Positions 27,539-36,559 are shown, numbered from the stretch's first letter. The stretch: 48,596 nucleotides of DNA from an uncultured Gammaproteobacteria bacterium (GCA_964358525.1 CAYHPU010000001.1:1-48596), one strand, 5' to 3'. Made by a program: numbers and translations. The notes: generated by a model not told the origin, from the letters alone.

Positions 27539-28690
27539 ATGTTAAAAAATGCCATTCTAGCGGTTGCTGCCTATAGTTTTACCACGCTTTTTTCATATTT
27601 TTTGTTTCGAACCATTTCATTTAGCACACCACGCCTGTTAAATAATAAATTAACATTTAATAAGGCTGAGACCACCCCGACTCCCATAGATACAGAGCCA
27701 AAAACAGAGGAATGTCCACTTAATGGAGAAATGTTTTCAAAAACAAAACGAGACCTGTGGAAAAAACGCCGCCCCCTGGGTATTATGGTTGAAAATTCCC
27801 CAGCCGCACGCCCACAATCGGGACTTTCGAGCGCTGATGTTATTTTTGAAGCGGTTGCAGAAGGGGGGATAACGCGCTTTTTATCTATTTATTATTGCCA
27901 AGACGCCCCCACAGTGGGACCAGTGAGGAGTGCGCGAGTATATTTTCTCGATTTTATTGGGGGCTTTGGTAACTACCCCCTCTATTCTCACGTTGGTGGA
28001 GCAAATACTGACGGACCGGCAGATGCACTAGGACAAATTTCATCAATGGGGTGGGCTGTTTATAACGATCTTAATCAGTTCTCGGTTGGTTTCCCCCCGT
28101 TTTGGCAAGACCCCGACAGGCTACCCAAGGTTGCGACGGAGCACACAATGTATACGTCAACAAAAAAAATGTGGGATGTTGCAATAAAGCGCGAATTAAC
28201 CAACATTGATGCCGATGGTGTTTCGTGGGACGCGGAGTTTGGAAAATGGACATTTAAGGAAGATGTTCCGCTCGCTTCCCGTAAAAATCAATTCAAAGCC
28301 TCTTTTGGTTTTTGGGAGGACTACCGTATGTCAGACGTGGTGTGGAAATATAACAAAAACACGAACGCTTATTTGCGATCAAACGGTGGAAAAAAACATC
28401 TTGACAAAAACACAGGAAAACAACTGGAAGCAAAAAATGTTGTGGTTGTATTTATGGATGAGAGTGTCGCAAAAGACGGGTACGAAAAGGGACAGCACCT
28501 TTTGTACGATACGTTGGGGAGCGGAGACATGGTGTTGTTTCAAGATAGTGTAGCTATTAAAGGAACGTGGAATAAGCTTAATAGAACAAGCCAAATATAC
28601 TTCAAAGATGCCCGCGGTGTTGAGGTGAAGTTTAATCGTGGACCCATATGGATAGAGGTGCTTCCAACAGGAAACACCGTAAAGTATTAA
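27539..28690 (+). CDS. DUF3048 domain protein (YerB-like)
   Basis: RPLGIMVENSPAARPQSGLSSADVIFEAVAEGGITRFLSIYY. Start at ATG 27539 with an N-terminal TM. Confidence 0.8.
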   Translation: MLKNAILAVAAYSFTTLFSYFLFRTISFSTPRLLNNKLTFNKAETTPTPIDTEPKTEECPLNGEMFSKTKRDLWKKRRPLGIMVENSPAARPQSGLSSADVIFEAVAEGGITRFLSIYYCQDAPTVGPVRSARVYFLDFIGGFGNYPLYSHVGGANTDGPADALGQISSMGWAVYNDLNQFSVGFPPFWQDPDRLPKVATEHTMYTSTKKMWDVAIKRELTNIDADGVSWDAEFGKWTFKEDVPLASRKNQFKASFGFWEDYRMSDVVWKYNKNTNAYLRSNGGKKHLDKNTGKQLEAKNVVVVFMDESVAKDGYEKGQHLLYDTLGSGDMVLFQDSVAIKGTWNKLNRTSQIYFKDARGVEVKFNRGPIWIEVLPTGNTVKY

Positions 28691-28693
28691 TGT

Positions 28694-29290
28694 ATGTTAT
28701 CAACTCTTATTGCAGGGAAAACGAGAACCAAAATACTTTCTCTTTTGTTTGGAGATCCGAAGAAGAATCTCCATATGCGGAATATTGAGAAGTTAACGGG
28801 TGAACGAATAAATGCGGTTAGAACAACGCTAATTTCACTCGTATTAAAAAATATTTTAATCAAAGAACACATTGGGAAGAAAATATTTTTTCGAGCAAAC
28901 CCCCAAGGAATTTTCTACGAAGAACTACTTCGTCTTGTTGCCAAGACGTCAGGAATAGGAGCGCGCATTCTTAAAGAACGACTTCATTTGGGGAAAATTA
29001 AAACAGCCTTTTTAACCAGTGACTATTATATGCGCAAAGAGCGCGAAGGGAGCGAGGTTGATGTGGTAATTATAGGTACGGTTTCACTTGCAGAGGTTGC
29101 AAAAATTACTAAAGAAGAAGGGGAGAAGGAAGGGGTTGAGTTAAATTACAGTGTAATGACGCCAGAGGAACTTAATGAACGAAAGAAAAACAAAGATTCT
29201 TTTTTAACAAGGCTCTTACAGAGAAACCGTGTGTATATAATAGGAAGCGACCCCCTAATAGAGATTCTTGAAGAAAAACCGAAGGCCTAA
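28694..29290 (+). CDS. winged-helix (ArsR-like) transcriptional regulator with a C-terminal domain of unknown function
   Basis: KTRTKILSLLFGDPKKNLHMRNIEKLTGERINAVRTTLISL. 198 aa. Confidence 0.65.
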   Translation: MLSTLIAGKTRTKILSLLFGDPKKNLHMRNIEKLTGERINAVRTTLISLVLKNILIKEHIGKKIFFRANPQGIFYEELLRLVAKTSGIGARILKERLHLGKIKTAFLTSDYYMRKEREGSEVDVVIIGTVSLAEVAKITKEEGEKEGVELNYSVMTPEELNERKKNKDSFLTRLLQRNRVYIIGSDPLIEILEEKPKA

Positions 29291-29491
29291 TTGGGCGGAG
29301 ATAATACCAACAAGAAGAAAAAAACTTTTTACAATTCCCGAAAGAATAATTGTTTTATGATTTTTTTTTGACCCGTCAAGAGCGGGAGAAGTAATTTTCT
29401 GTTTAACCAGTGGGACGGGAGCACCCTGTTTGTACAGTTGCTCTAATTGCTTTCGTTGACGCTCATATCTTTGGCCGCTTTGTAAGTTCAT
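29255..29491 (-). CDS. possible small tail-anchored membrane protein
   Basis: MNLQSGQRYERQRKQLEQLYKQG... followed by a C-terminal hydrophobic helix IILSGIVKSFFLLVGIISA. It fills an otherwise 214-nt non-coding gap. No homology is recognised. Confidence 0.35.
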   Translation of the reverse strand: MNLQSGQRYERQRKQLEQLYKQGAPVPLVKQKITSPALDGSKKNHKTIILSGIVKSFFLLVGIISAQLGLRFFFKNLY

Positions 29492-29504
29492 TTGAAGTAG
29501 TATA

Positions 29505-30011
29505 ATGGAAGAAATGGAAAACAACAATTCAAACCAAGCGTTATTTTTATGGGATGCTCCTATACGATATTTTGAGAAAAAGCCGCCAACATTTGGGAAA
29601 TCTTTAATAGCCCTCGGTATTCTGTTTTCATTAATTGCTTATTTTATTGGCGAACCATTTTTAGTTTTGGTTGTGTGGATGGTTGTGTTTGTTTCTTATG
29701 TAAAAATAACTATCCCCCCACCAAACACACAATATTCGGTAACTACTTTTGGTATACACATTAGTGAGACAATTATTGAATATAAGCACATTCATAGTTT
29801 TGCATATGAAATAAAAAAAGAGGGAAGTGTTCTTCGTTTTTACCTTACTATTACAGGACAACCATTTTTTGTCATACTACCAATGCCCTTTCTAAAAACA
29901 ACAGAACTCTTGACTTTTCTAAAATCACAACTACCTTATTTGGAGCGCGTACCAAAAACAGACGCAGAACGGTTTACCGAATGGGCGGGGAAAACAATAG
30001 GATTAACGTAA
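29505..30011 (+). CDS. hypothetical two-TM membrane protein
   Basis: 168-aa ORF. TATAAT at 29501-29506 suggests the functional start may be the second ATG at 29514 (leaderless). Confidence 0.6.
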   Translation: MEEMENNNSNQALFLWDAPIRYFEKKPPTFGKSLIALGILFSLIAYFIGEPFLVLVVWMVVFVSYVKITIPPPNTQYSVTTFGIHISETIIEYKHIHSFAYEIKKEGSVLRFYLTITGQPFFVILPMPFLKTTELLTFLKSQLPYLERVPKTDAERFTEWAGKTIGLT

Positions 30012-30581
30012 GGAGATTAATCGTTTAACAAACTCTTCAGGAAGCATTTCTGTACACCCAAAAAGCCTGGCCCAGGTACGGAGCCCCGCGTCTGAAGAAA
30101 CGAGACTCGCGTCCCTTTCTCGCGATAACATAATAAGGCCAAAATCCGTTGTAGAGTCTAAAAAACCCTCTCGTGTCGTACGCCTATATTTATCTCGCAG
30201 TGTTCGAAGTGGATTTTCTCCATCATTAAGGGGAGGATTTTTTGCGTATTCTTCTGCCGCACGAAGTCCTTTATATAAGCGTGTTCCTATTTCTGCAACT
30301 AAGCGTTCAAACAGCGTGGCATCAAATGAAAGCCCGGTAAGATTTGGAGATGAAATAGTTAGAACAGACCGCAGAGGAAGAAGTGTTTGAGGTGTACCAT
30401 CAAAAAAAGATTCAAGTTCATGAAGTGCGTCGGGCGTGGTAAGGAACTGTGCCACCTCTTTTGATACAAGGGGGCTAGCGTATGATATAAAAGACTCAAT
30501 AACCGCCTCTTTATTTTCCCCAAGACCTAAATCTCGCTGTAGGTTCACAAAAAAATTAGTATCAATAACAAATTTAATCAT
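30003..30581 (-). CDS. PIN_5-type metallonuclease, candidate protein-only RNase P (HARP, Aq_880-like)
   Basis: 192 aa. N-terminal FVIDTNFF (Asp7), ...[10 protein letters not shown]...LRDKYRR...[33 protein letters not shown], with Asp142, Asp146 and Asp164. Confidence 0.6.
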   Translation of the reverse strand: MIKFVIDTNFFVNLQRDLGLGENKEAVIESFISYASPLVSKEVAQFLTTPDALHELESFFDGTPQTLLPLRSVLTISSPNLTGLSFDATLFERLVAEIGTRLYKGLRAAEEYAKNPPLNDGENPLRTLRDKYRRTTREGFLDSTTDFGLIMLSRERDASLVSSDAGLRTWARLFGCTEMLPEEFVKRLISLR

Positions 30582-30587
30582 TGAATA

Positions 30588-30596
30588 ATTATATCA
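30588..30596 (-). promoter_or_regulatory. extended -10 (TGaTATAAT) 6 nt upstream of the PIN/HARP ATG
   Basis: Minus strand GTGATATAAT-TATTCA-ATG. No SD. Confidence 0.5.
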
Positions 30597-30619
30597 CTGC
30601 GGTATATAATTCTCACTAT

Positions 30620-31600
30620 ATGACAAAACAAAACCCCAAGCTCGAAGCTGTCCAAGCCGCGATGGATCAAATTAAAAAACAATATGGAAAGGGTGCTATT
30701 ATGCGCCTTGGAGAAAAACCGATTGAAAAAGTAGAAGTGGTTTCGACCGGCATATTTGCGCTAGATGTTGCGCTCGGCGTGGGGGGTTTGCCACGGGGGC
30801 GTGTAGTAGAAATTTTTGGACCAGAAGCGTCGGGGAAAACAACAACGTGTTTATCAATAATTGCTGAGGCCCAAAAAAACGGTGGCGTAACAGCATTTGT
30901 AGATGCCGAGCACGCCCTTGACCCAGAGTGGGCGCGGATTATTGGTATCGACCTAGATAATTTATTAGTATCACAACCAGACACAGGGGAACAGGCGCTT
31001 GAGATTGTTGAGACATTAGTTCGTAGTGGTGGTGTTGACCTTATAGTGGTAGACTCGGTTGCGGCACTCGTTCCCCGGTCAGAGATTGAGGGAGATATGG
31101 GAGACGCTTCAATGGGTTCGCAGGCGCGATTAATGTCACAAGCGCTACGTAAATTGACGGGGATTATGTCCAAATCGAAAACCACCGTTGTTTTTACAAA
31201 TCAAATCCGTCAAAAAATTGGCGTTATGTTTGGAAATCCCGAAACAACACCAGGAGGGCTTGCTCTTAAGTTTTATGCCTCTATTCGCATGGATGTCCGC
31301 CGCATTGAGATTATTAAAAAAGCCGACGCGGTGGTTGGAACACGTGCACGAATAAAAGTAATTAAAAATAAGATGGCACCCCCCTTCAAAGAGGCAGAAA
31401 TGGTAATTACAGCGCTTGGAATAGATCGCTCCGCCTCTGTTTTAGACGCCGCCCTTAAAAAAGGCGTACTAACAAAAAGCGGCGCCTTTATAAAATATAA
31501 AGACAAAACACTTGGTCAAGGAATGGAAGACGCCAAAAAATTACTGGACGACGACAAAAAATTGACGGAAGAATTAAAGAAAGCAGTCCTTCTTGCATAA
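30620..31600 (+). CDS. recA: recombinase RecA
   Basis: [16 protein letters not shown], Walker [10 protein letters not shown], loop regions. I chose ATG 30620. TATAAT (30605-30610) lies 9 nt upstream. Confidence 0.95.
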   Translation: MTKQNPKLEAVQAAMDQIKKQYGKGAIMRLGEKPIEKVEVVSTGIFALDVALGVGGLPRGRVVEIFGPEASGKTTTCLSIIAEAQKNGGVTAFVDAEHALDPEWARIIGIDLDNLLVSQPDTGEQALEIVETLVRSGGVDLIVVDSVAALVPRSEIEGDMGDASMGSQARLMSQALRKLTGIMSKSKTTVVFTNQIRQKIGVMFGNPETTPGGLALKFYASIRMDVRRIEIIKKADAVVGTRARIKVIKNKMAPPFKEAEMVITALGIDRSASVLDAALKKGVLTKSGAFIKYKDKTLGQGMEDAKKLLDDDKKLTEELKKAVLLA

Positions 31601-31603
31601 CGC

Positions 31604-32287
31604 GTGAGATTATTAGATCCGTTTTCAGAGTGGTGCGGAGCGTGTGGAAAGCCTGGTATTTGGCTCTGCCTTTCTTGTTCTAAAAAAGTTGATCTCTATT
31701 CTCCTCAGCGATGTATATATTGTCACCAGCCATCTCCATTTGGGCTTACTCACACGGGGTGCTTATTCCACACGTATGTTGATGGAGCAATTTCTATTTA
31801 TTATTATCGGGGAGCACTTCTTAGGATACTTAAAAAGGCGAAATTTAAGGGGCTAAAAAACCTTATGTCACAACTGTTCTTTTCAATACAGCCCCAAAAC
31901 TTATTTTCCTTATGGGATGTCCGCCGATTTTTCTCTCCACAATATATTACCTATATACCAATGATAAAAACAGACGAACGTGTTCGGGGGTATAACCAAT
32001 CACAAACTCTAGCAAGGTATGTTTCCAGTCTTATGCATATTCCACTATCTACGGCACTGATCAAAAAAAAGAAGATTGAGCACCAGTCTGTCGTTGCTCT
32101 AAACAAAAGAAGAGTAAATATAAAAAATGTTTTTTCTGTTCTTCAAAAAATACCACCGACACACTCAAGAATATTACTGATTGACGATGTTATAACAACG
32201 GGGAGTACGGTTAATGAAGCGGCACGAGTGCTTAAAAAAAATGGGTGCAATAAAGTATTTGTGTGGAGCTTGTTTCGAGCACGCTAA
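31604..32287 (+). CDS. comFC: ComF family protein (ComFC, phosphoribosyltransferase-like)
   Basis: N-terminal Cys4 (CGACG...CLSC...CIYC) and the PRT motif ILLIDDVITTGSTV. GTG start. Confidence 0.8.
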   Translation: MRLLDPFSEWCGACGKPGIWLCLSCSKKVDLYSPQRCIYCHQPSPFGLTHTGCLFHTYVDGAISIYYYRGALLRILKKAKFKGLKNLMSQLFFSIQPQNLFSLWDVRRFFSPQYITYIPMIKTDERVRGYNQSQTLARYVSSLMHIPLSTALIKKKKIEHQSVVALNKRRVNIKNVFSVLQKIPPTHSRILLIDDVITTGSTVNEAARVLKKNGCNKVFVWSLFRAR

Positions 32288-32298
32288 GGGATCGTCCA

Positions 32299-33135
32299 TT
32301 AAAAAGGAAGCTCAATGGTTCGTGCCATGTCTTGCATTCGTTTTTTTAGCGCCTGGAAGAAGGTGTCTTTTGGTTCACCAGGAGACCCGTCTTGATACAC
32401 GTGCCCCCCCATTGGATATTTAAATATTTCTTTGCGAATAGGTTCTCCGGTAAGGGTATAAATTCCCGCTATAATATACTGATAAAGAAACTCAATATAT
32501 CCATTTTTTTCGGGTCGACGAAAAGACGGGTAGAGAACTGGCTCTTTAAGAACTTGAAGGAGAACCCCCATTTTGCGTATGCGCTGCACAATATCGTGAT
32601 CCTCGGCAAGCTTTAACGTCTCGTCGAAGCCATTCACTTTTTCAAATATTGATCGCTCTATAATAATGTTAAACCCTGGCGCAAAGGGTTTTCCAAGAGC
32701 ATTAAGTGTTTCAATAATAAAGTTTGATATTCCAACAAGAATTATTTGTTTCTGAGAATTGTTGTTACACACAAGACGCGTTGTAAAAAGTAACTCTTGT
32801 TTCTGTAGGATTCGTTTATGTAATTTGTTTAAAAAATTACGGGGGATTCGTACATCAGCATCAAAAAAAATAAAATATGCTCCTTTTGCCGCCCGTACTC
32901 CTTTGTTTCGTTGCCCAGGGACACTCTTCTCGTGATTTTCAATAATGGTTATGGGAAATTTTTTAGTAAATTTCTTTATTTCAGCCACCGTTTTATCAGT
33001 AGATCCACCATCAACAACAACAACCTCAAAGTCTTTATAAGACTGGGACTTAAAATCATTAAAAAGTTTTGGGATATACTTATCTTCGTTGAGAGACGGA
33101 ATTATTATGGAAAAAAAAACCTTTGGAGAGATCAT
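32299..33135 (-). CDS. family 2 glycosyltransferase
   Basis: FSIIIPSLNEDKYI...VVVVDGGSTDKT...FFDADV. TACAAT lies 6 nt before the ATG. Confidence 0.85.
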   Translation of the reverse strand: MISPKVFFSIIIPSLNEDKYIPKLFNDFKSQSYKDFEVVVVDGGSTDKTVAEIKKFTKKFPITIIENHEKSVPGQRNKGVRAAKGAYFIFFDADVRIPRNFLNKLHKRILQKQELLFTTRLVCNNNSQKQIILVGISNFIIETLNALGKPFAPGFNIIIERSIFEKVNGFDETLKLAEDHDIVQRIRKMGVLLQVLKEPVLYPSFRRPEKNGYIEFLYQYIIAGIYTLTGEPIRKEIFKYPMGGHVYQDGSPGEPKDTFFQALKKRMQDMARTIELPF

Positions 33136-33268
33136 AACAGTATTGTATATTATTTCCTTATAATGAAAAAGTTGATAGGGTATTTGTTTCTAATAGTAGG
33201 AACGGTGTTGCTTGGCTATGTTGCATTTGATATGTACAGGAATATAAATATACACGTTTCACCGATAC

Positions 33269-33574
33269 CTAATTACCCCCAATAGAGAATTTGGTGAGAT
33301 TAATTCCGAGCGCGAGTTCGAGTGCTTTAAGTACCATAAACCCACCCGAAACAATTAAAAGCCCGGTGAGCGCGGAAAAAAAGGTAGCTTTTGCCTTTTT
33401 TAATTTTGCGGCGTCGTCTCCCGCAGTAAGCCAGGTAATAGAACCAATAACAAACATAACAAGTAGAATTATAAAGACAAGTCCACCAAGTGCCCCTAAT
33501 AAGTTTTGAATAACGATCTCAAGACACGAAAGTTGTGGAACACCGTCTATGAGGCACGAATCCCATGAGCGCAT
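33269..33574 (-). CDS. TrbC/VirB2-like (T4SS-type) pilin-like small membrane protein
   Basis: 101 aa. Helix, then TWLTAGDDAAKLKKAKATFFSALTGLLIV, then a second helix. All five paralogues share this two-helix layout with a G(D/E)...K..AK....A..G loop. Confidence 0.65.
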   Translation of the reverse strand: MRSWDSCLIDGVPQLSCLEIVIQNLLGALGGLVFIILLVMFVIGSITWLTAGDDAAKLKKAKATFFSALTGLLIVSGGFMVLKALELALGINLTKFSIGGN

Positions 33575-33584
33575 AAATAATTAG

Positions 33585-33935
33585 TTAAATTCCTCCCGTA
33601 GTACCAAATCGAGGAATAGTAATTGGTTTTGAAATACCAAGCCCAAGCCCAAACACTTGTTCGATTAAAACAATAAGAGCAAAAGTAACAAACATAACAA
33701 GGAGTCCAACAACAGCAGTTGTCATTTCTTTACGTGCTTTTTCAACTTTTTCTTTATCTCCACCGGACTGTATCCAGTCGAGTGCACCACGAAGCATATG
33801 ATAAAACACAAAAAAAGCAGCTAAGATAAGAATAATGCGGATCGCCCAGCTTAATATATCACCAAGGTCGGTAACAAGAAAAGCGGGTTTAGATACAGAA
33901 AACGTTACCGGTGCTTGCGCTAATAGTTTTTCCAT
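33585..33935 (-). CDS. TrbC/VirB2-like pilin-like small membrane protein
   Basis: 116 aa. FFVFYHMLRGALDWIQSGGDKEKVEKARKEMTTAVVGLLV is very similar to 40449..40814. Confidence 0.7.
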   Translation of the reverse strand: MEKLLAQAPVTFSVSKPAFLVTDLGDILSWAIRIILILAAFFVFYHMLRGALDWIQSGGDKEKVEKARKEMTTAVVGLLVMFVTFALIVLIEQVFGLGLGISKPITIPRFGTTGGI

Positions 33936-33943
33936 ATACAGCT

Positions 33944-33971
33944 AATATACCACTCTCATGCTGGTTTGCAA
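33944..33971 (-). promoter_or_regulatory. sigma70-type promoter TTGCAA-N16-TGgTATATT, 8 nt before the pilin ATG 33935
   Basis: Minus strand GTTGCAAaccagcatgagagTGGTATATTagctgtatATG. The -35 begins right after the stop of the upstream gene. Confidence 0.55.
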
Positions 33972-33972
33972 C

Positions 33973-35607
33973 TTAAAATATAAGACGATACACAACGTTA
34001 TCGGTTAGAAACAAGACGAGTGAATCGTTCGGAGCTACAAGCGCCGTGGCTTTTCTTAATTTCTCATTAAAAAGTGATTTTTGTATCGTTCCTTTGTTAT
34101 CAACAATAATGATGCGCGCCTTACTTGAATCAAGAAAATAAAAATTTTTCGTTTTTTCATTTTTACTCATAGATGTAATGGAAGAATAAGGTAATGAAGT
34201 ATCAAACATATTTTTCTGTCGTACACCAGAAGTAAACGGTACTACGCTTTGTGCCGACCGGACGTATAGTGAAAAATCAATTACTACTTCTTTGGCGGTA
34301 GCAAGAGAAATACCAGAGCCCTGTTTAAAATAACTTGCCTTTTCAGCAAAGCCATCTCCGATGGGAAAGTATTTATACACTTCGTCGTTTATTATATCGA
34401 GCAGGTATAGGTTACCATTAAAAACCCTCATATCCTTTATTGTTCCCCAGTCTGGATCAAACGGAATTACATTTGTTTTTTTGTTTCCACTAAAAACAGA
34501 AACACCATTTTTTTGATCAAAAACAAATAGACGGTCGTTGTAGTTTGTTGCAAAACGTGGTAACGAAACTCCAGTCAACGAAACAGCGGTTTGTTTTTTT
34601 GTTTCGACAACCACGTTGTAGGCCTTTTTATTATTCGGATCAAGTAGCGTAAGAACTCCACTATTCAGGGAAAGTGAAGACGCGCGTGCTTTTGGACTAA
34701 TCAATCGAACGTCAAAAAAAATTTCAACAGCTGAAGTTTCTAAAGAGCCAAATCCCGTCTTTAACCCGGAAATTTTTGTCTCAAAAAATAGTAGTTGCGA
34801 TTTTTTTTCTGGGAAGGACTGTTTAAGAAGTGCTATCTTTTTTTCAAGAGAGGAAATTGTTTTGGTTGCTTTTGACGGGCTTTCTCCAAACAATTTTTCT
34901 GTCTTATTAAATTCGACTTTTAATTCCGTAACCTGTGTTTCAAATTGTTTTTGATGGCTAGTACTAATAACAGAACCAATAAGAAAAACAAGTTTTATAG
35001 TTATTACTATCATAATGGCTATGAAAATTATAAATATTACAACGGCGACGGTTTTTTTTTCTAACTTTCTTTGAACAGGAGGAGATGGTGTTGGTAATGC
35101 GTCTGTTTTTTGTATTTGAACAATTAAACACGCCCCACGAGTATTTTTTTCATGTTTCTTAATATACTCAACCACTTCTTTAATTTCTTCCACCGAACGA
35201 GTAACAATATGCGACACATTGGTGGTTTTTAAAAACGAATCAGTAAGTGCGAACAACTGATCGTTTTCAAGTAACGTACCCTCAACAAACCTACTACCAC
35301 TACTAATGGTGAATTCTTTATTATCTCGCTTCAACAGAAGTGTGCCGTTAAACGTGTAACTCCATATGCGCGGGTCCTTGATATATACAAAAACACATGA
35401 TGTAACGGTGGTATATTTATTGAGCAATTCGGTAATTGCTTCTCGCGGTGTGTTTGACTCTGTAAGTTCCTCAACAAATAACCGTGTTGTTTCCTCAGCA
35501 TTTTCTCCTGCAACTTCTACAACCCCATACAATTCGTGTTCTGCCAAAAATAAACAAGCATAGTGGGGCGAATTTTCACTCAAAAAGACAGCAAATCGAC
35601 GTTCCAT
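33973..35607 (-). CDS. hypothetical bitopic membrane protein (cytoplasmic N-domain, TM, coiled coil, beta-rich extracytoplasmic C-domain)
   Basis: 544 aa. TM VAVVIFIIFIAIMIVITIKLVFLIGSVI at about aa 187-214. The C-terminal ~270 aa has repeated 'lyvlD..n..vy' strands, suggesting a beta-propeller-like fold. No family is recognised. Confidence 0.7.
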   Translation of the reverse strand: MERRFAVFLSENSPHYACLFLAEHELYGVVEVAGENAEETTRLFVEELTESNTPREAITELLNKYTTVTSCVFVYIKDPRIWSYTFNGTLLLKRDNKEFTISSGSRFVEGTLLENDQLFALTDSFLKTTNVSHIVTRSVEEIKEVVEYIKKHEKNTRGACLIVQIQKTDALPTPSPPVQRKLEKKTVAVVIFIIFIAIMIVITIKLVFLIGSVISTSHQKQFETQVTELKVEFNKTEKLFGESPSKATKTISSLEKKIALLKQSFPEKKSQLLFFETKISGLKTGFGSLETSAVEIFFDVRLISPKARASSLSLNSGVLTLLDPNNKKAYNVVVETKKQTAVSLTGVSLPRFATNYNDRLFVFDQKNGVSVFSGNKKTNVIPFDPDWGTIKDMRVFNGNLYLLDIINDEVYKYFPIGDGFAEKASYFKQGSGISLATAKEVVIDFSLYVRSAQSVVPFTSGVRQKNMFDTSLPYSSITSMSKNEKTKNFYFLDSSKARIIIVDNKGTIQKSLFNEKLRKATALVAPNDSLVLFLTDNVVYRLIF

Positions 35608-35617
35608 AGTTAATACA

Positions 35618-35830
35618 TCAGAGTGCTATTGTAGAAAACAATAGTAAAAAGAGTCCCAGAACAATTGTTAAAAGAGAGGCGCTAAACAAATATCTATTTT
35701 CACTTGCACTATATGCTCTGTTCATTTTTTTGAGCTGCTGCCGAAAAATAAATGAATAAATAAGATATCCCCCGCTAAAAAAAATACTCACAATTTTTAA
35801 CAATACGGATAAGTAGGGAGTGTCATTCAT
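35618..35830 (-). CDS. small two-TM membrane protein
   Basis: 70-aa ORF with two hydrophobic helices. Overlaps the upstream gene by 8 nt. Confidence 0.55.
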   Translation of the reverse strand: MNDTPYLSVLLKIVSIFFSGGYLIYSFIFRQQLKKMNRAYSASENRYLFSASLLTIVLGLFLLLFSTIAL

Positions 35831-36365
35831 GGTGTTCTTGCATAAGTTTATTTAATGTTTGTGCAACAAGCGACGGGTGAGGTATGCTCATAAACTCAAT
35901 ATTTGGGTTTTCTCCGGCGGTTTGTATCGTTATATCTCCATAATTAAAATAAGCACTAAAAAATCCAGCACTTTTTTGTTCCACTTCTTCAATTTTTTCA
36001 AGCGTAGTAGCGTTGGTAACACTATTTAGTATATTGTAGACATCAATGTCAATAACGCGCCTGTCAGAAATAATTCCAATGTTAAAGTACCACACAAATA
36101 TTTTATTAAGTACATAGGACAAAGTAAACCCATACCATGCAATAATAATAAACGTTTGTTGTTGTGTTGAAATTGGCACTTGTGCAAGTGGAATAGCGAG
36201 CAGTATAGGGGCAGAAAGCAGTAATATCGAAATTATAGAACTCACAAAAAGTGTCGCAGGGTGTGCACGGAGAGACAGGAGAATATGTTCTTCGGGTTGT
36301 TGGGATGCAAAAGTGTCTTTAGGATGTTCACAGAACGCGTGTAAGAATGTGTGGCGCGTTTTCAT
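35823..36365 (-). CDS. membrane-flanked bacterial PH domain protein (bPH_2/DUF304-like)
   Basis: Two TM helices followed by IISDRRVIDIDVYNILNSV...YGDITIQTAGENPNIEFMSIPHP. TGaTACAAT lies 7 nt before the ATG. Confidence 0.7.
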   Translation of the reverse strand: MKTRHTFLHAFCEHPKDTFASQQPEEHILLSLRAHPATLFVSSIISILLLSAPILLAIPLAQVPISTQQQTFIIIAWYGFTLSYVLNKIFVWYFNIGIISDRRVIDIDVYNILNSVTNATTLEKIEEVEQKSAGFFSAYFNYGDITIQTAGENPNIEFMSIPHPSLVAQTLNKLMQEHHE

Positions 36366-36394
36366 ATCAACAATTGTATCACACGCGTAACTTG

Positions 36395-36424
36395 TTGCAA
36401 AAACACCACCACGTGGTATACAAT
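36395..36424 (+). promoter_or_regulatory. candidate rny promoter TTGCAA-N16-TGgTATACA(AT)
   Basis: TTGCAA 36395-36400 and TGGTATACAAT 36414-36424. It would give a ~130-nt leader before ATG 36560. Confidence 0.4.
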
Positions 36425-36559
36425 GAGTGCGTTATTAGTTTCAGAAGAACAACGAGTTATTATTTCAGAATATATGCGTTATCCAGAATTAAAGCGCACC
36501 AACAGTGTATTTCTCGGTCAATAAATAACCCGTGCTCCTTCTGTACTTACTGAGCCCGT

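Noticed and set aside
30667-31185. 172-aa minus-strand ORF
   Set aside because: It is antisense to recA. Its S/T/P/A-rich translation is typical of a shadow ORF.
33163-33285. 40-codon ORF (MKKLIGYLFLIVGTVLLGYVAFDMYRNINIHVSPIPNYPQ) between the GT2 gene and the pilin gene
   Set aside because: It has a plausible single-TM micro-protein sequence, but no SD, no properly spaced -10 box and no way to test conservation here. Not called.
36423-36524. 33-codon ORF (MSALLVSEEQRVIISEYMRYPELKRTNSVFLGQ) upstream of rny
   Set aside because: Its ATG overlaps the best -10 box, so it would probably not be in the transcript. It has no SD and cannot be assessed for conservation here. I left it unresolved rather than calling it.
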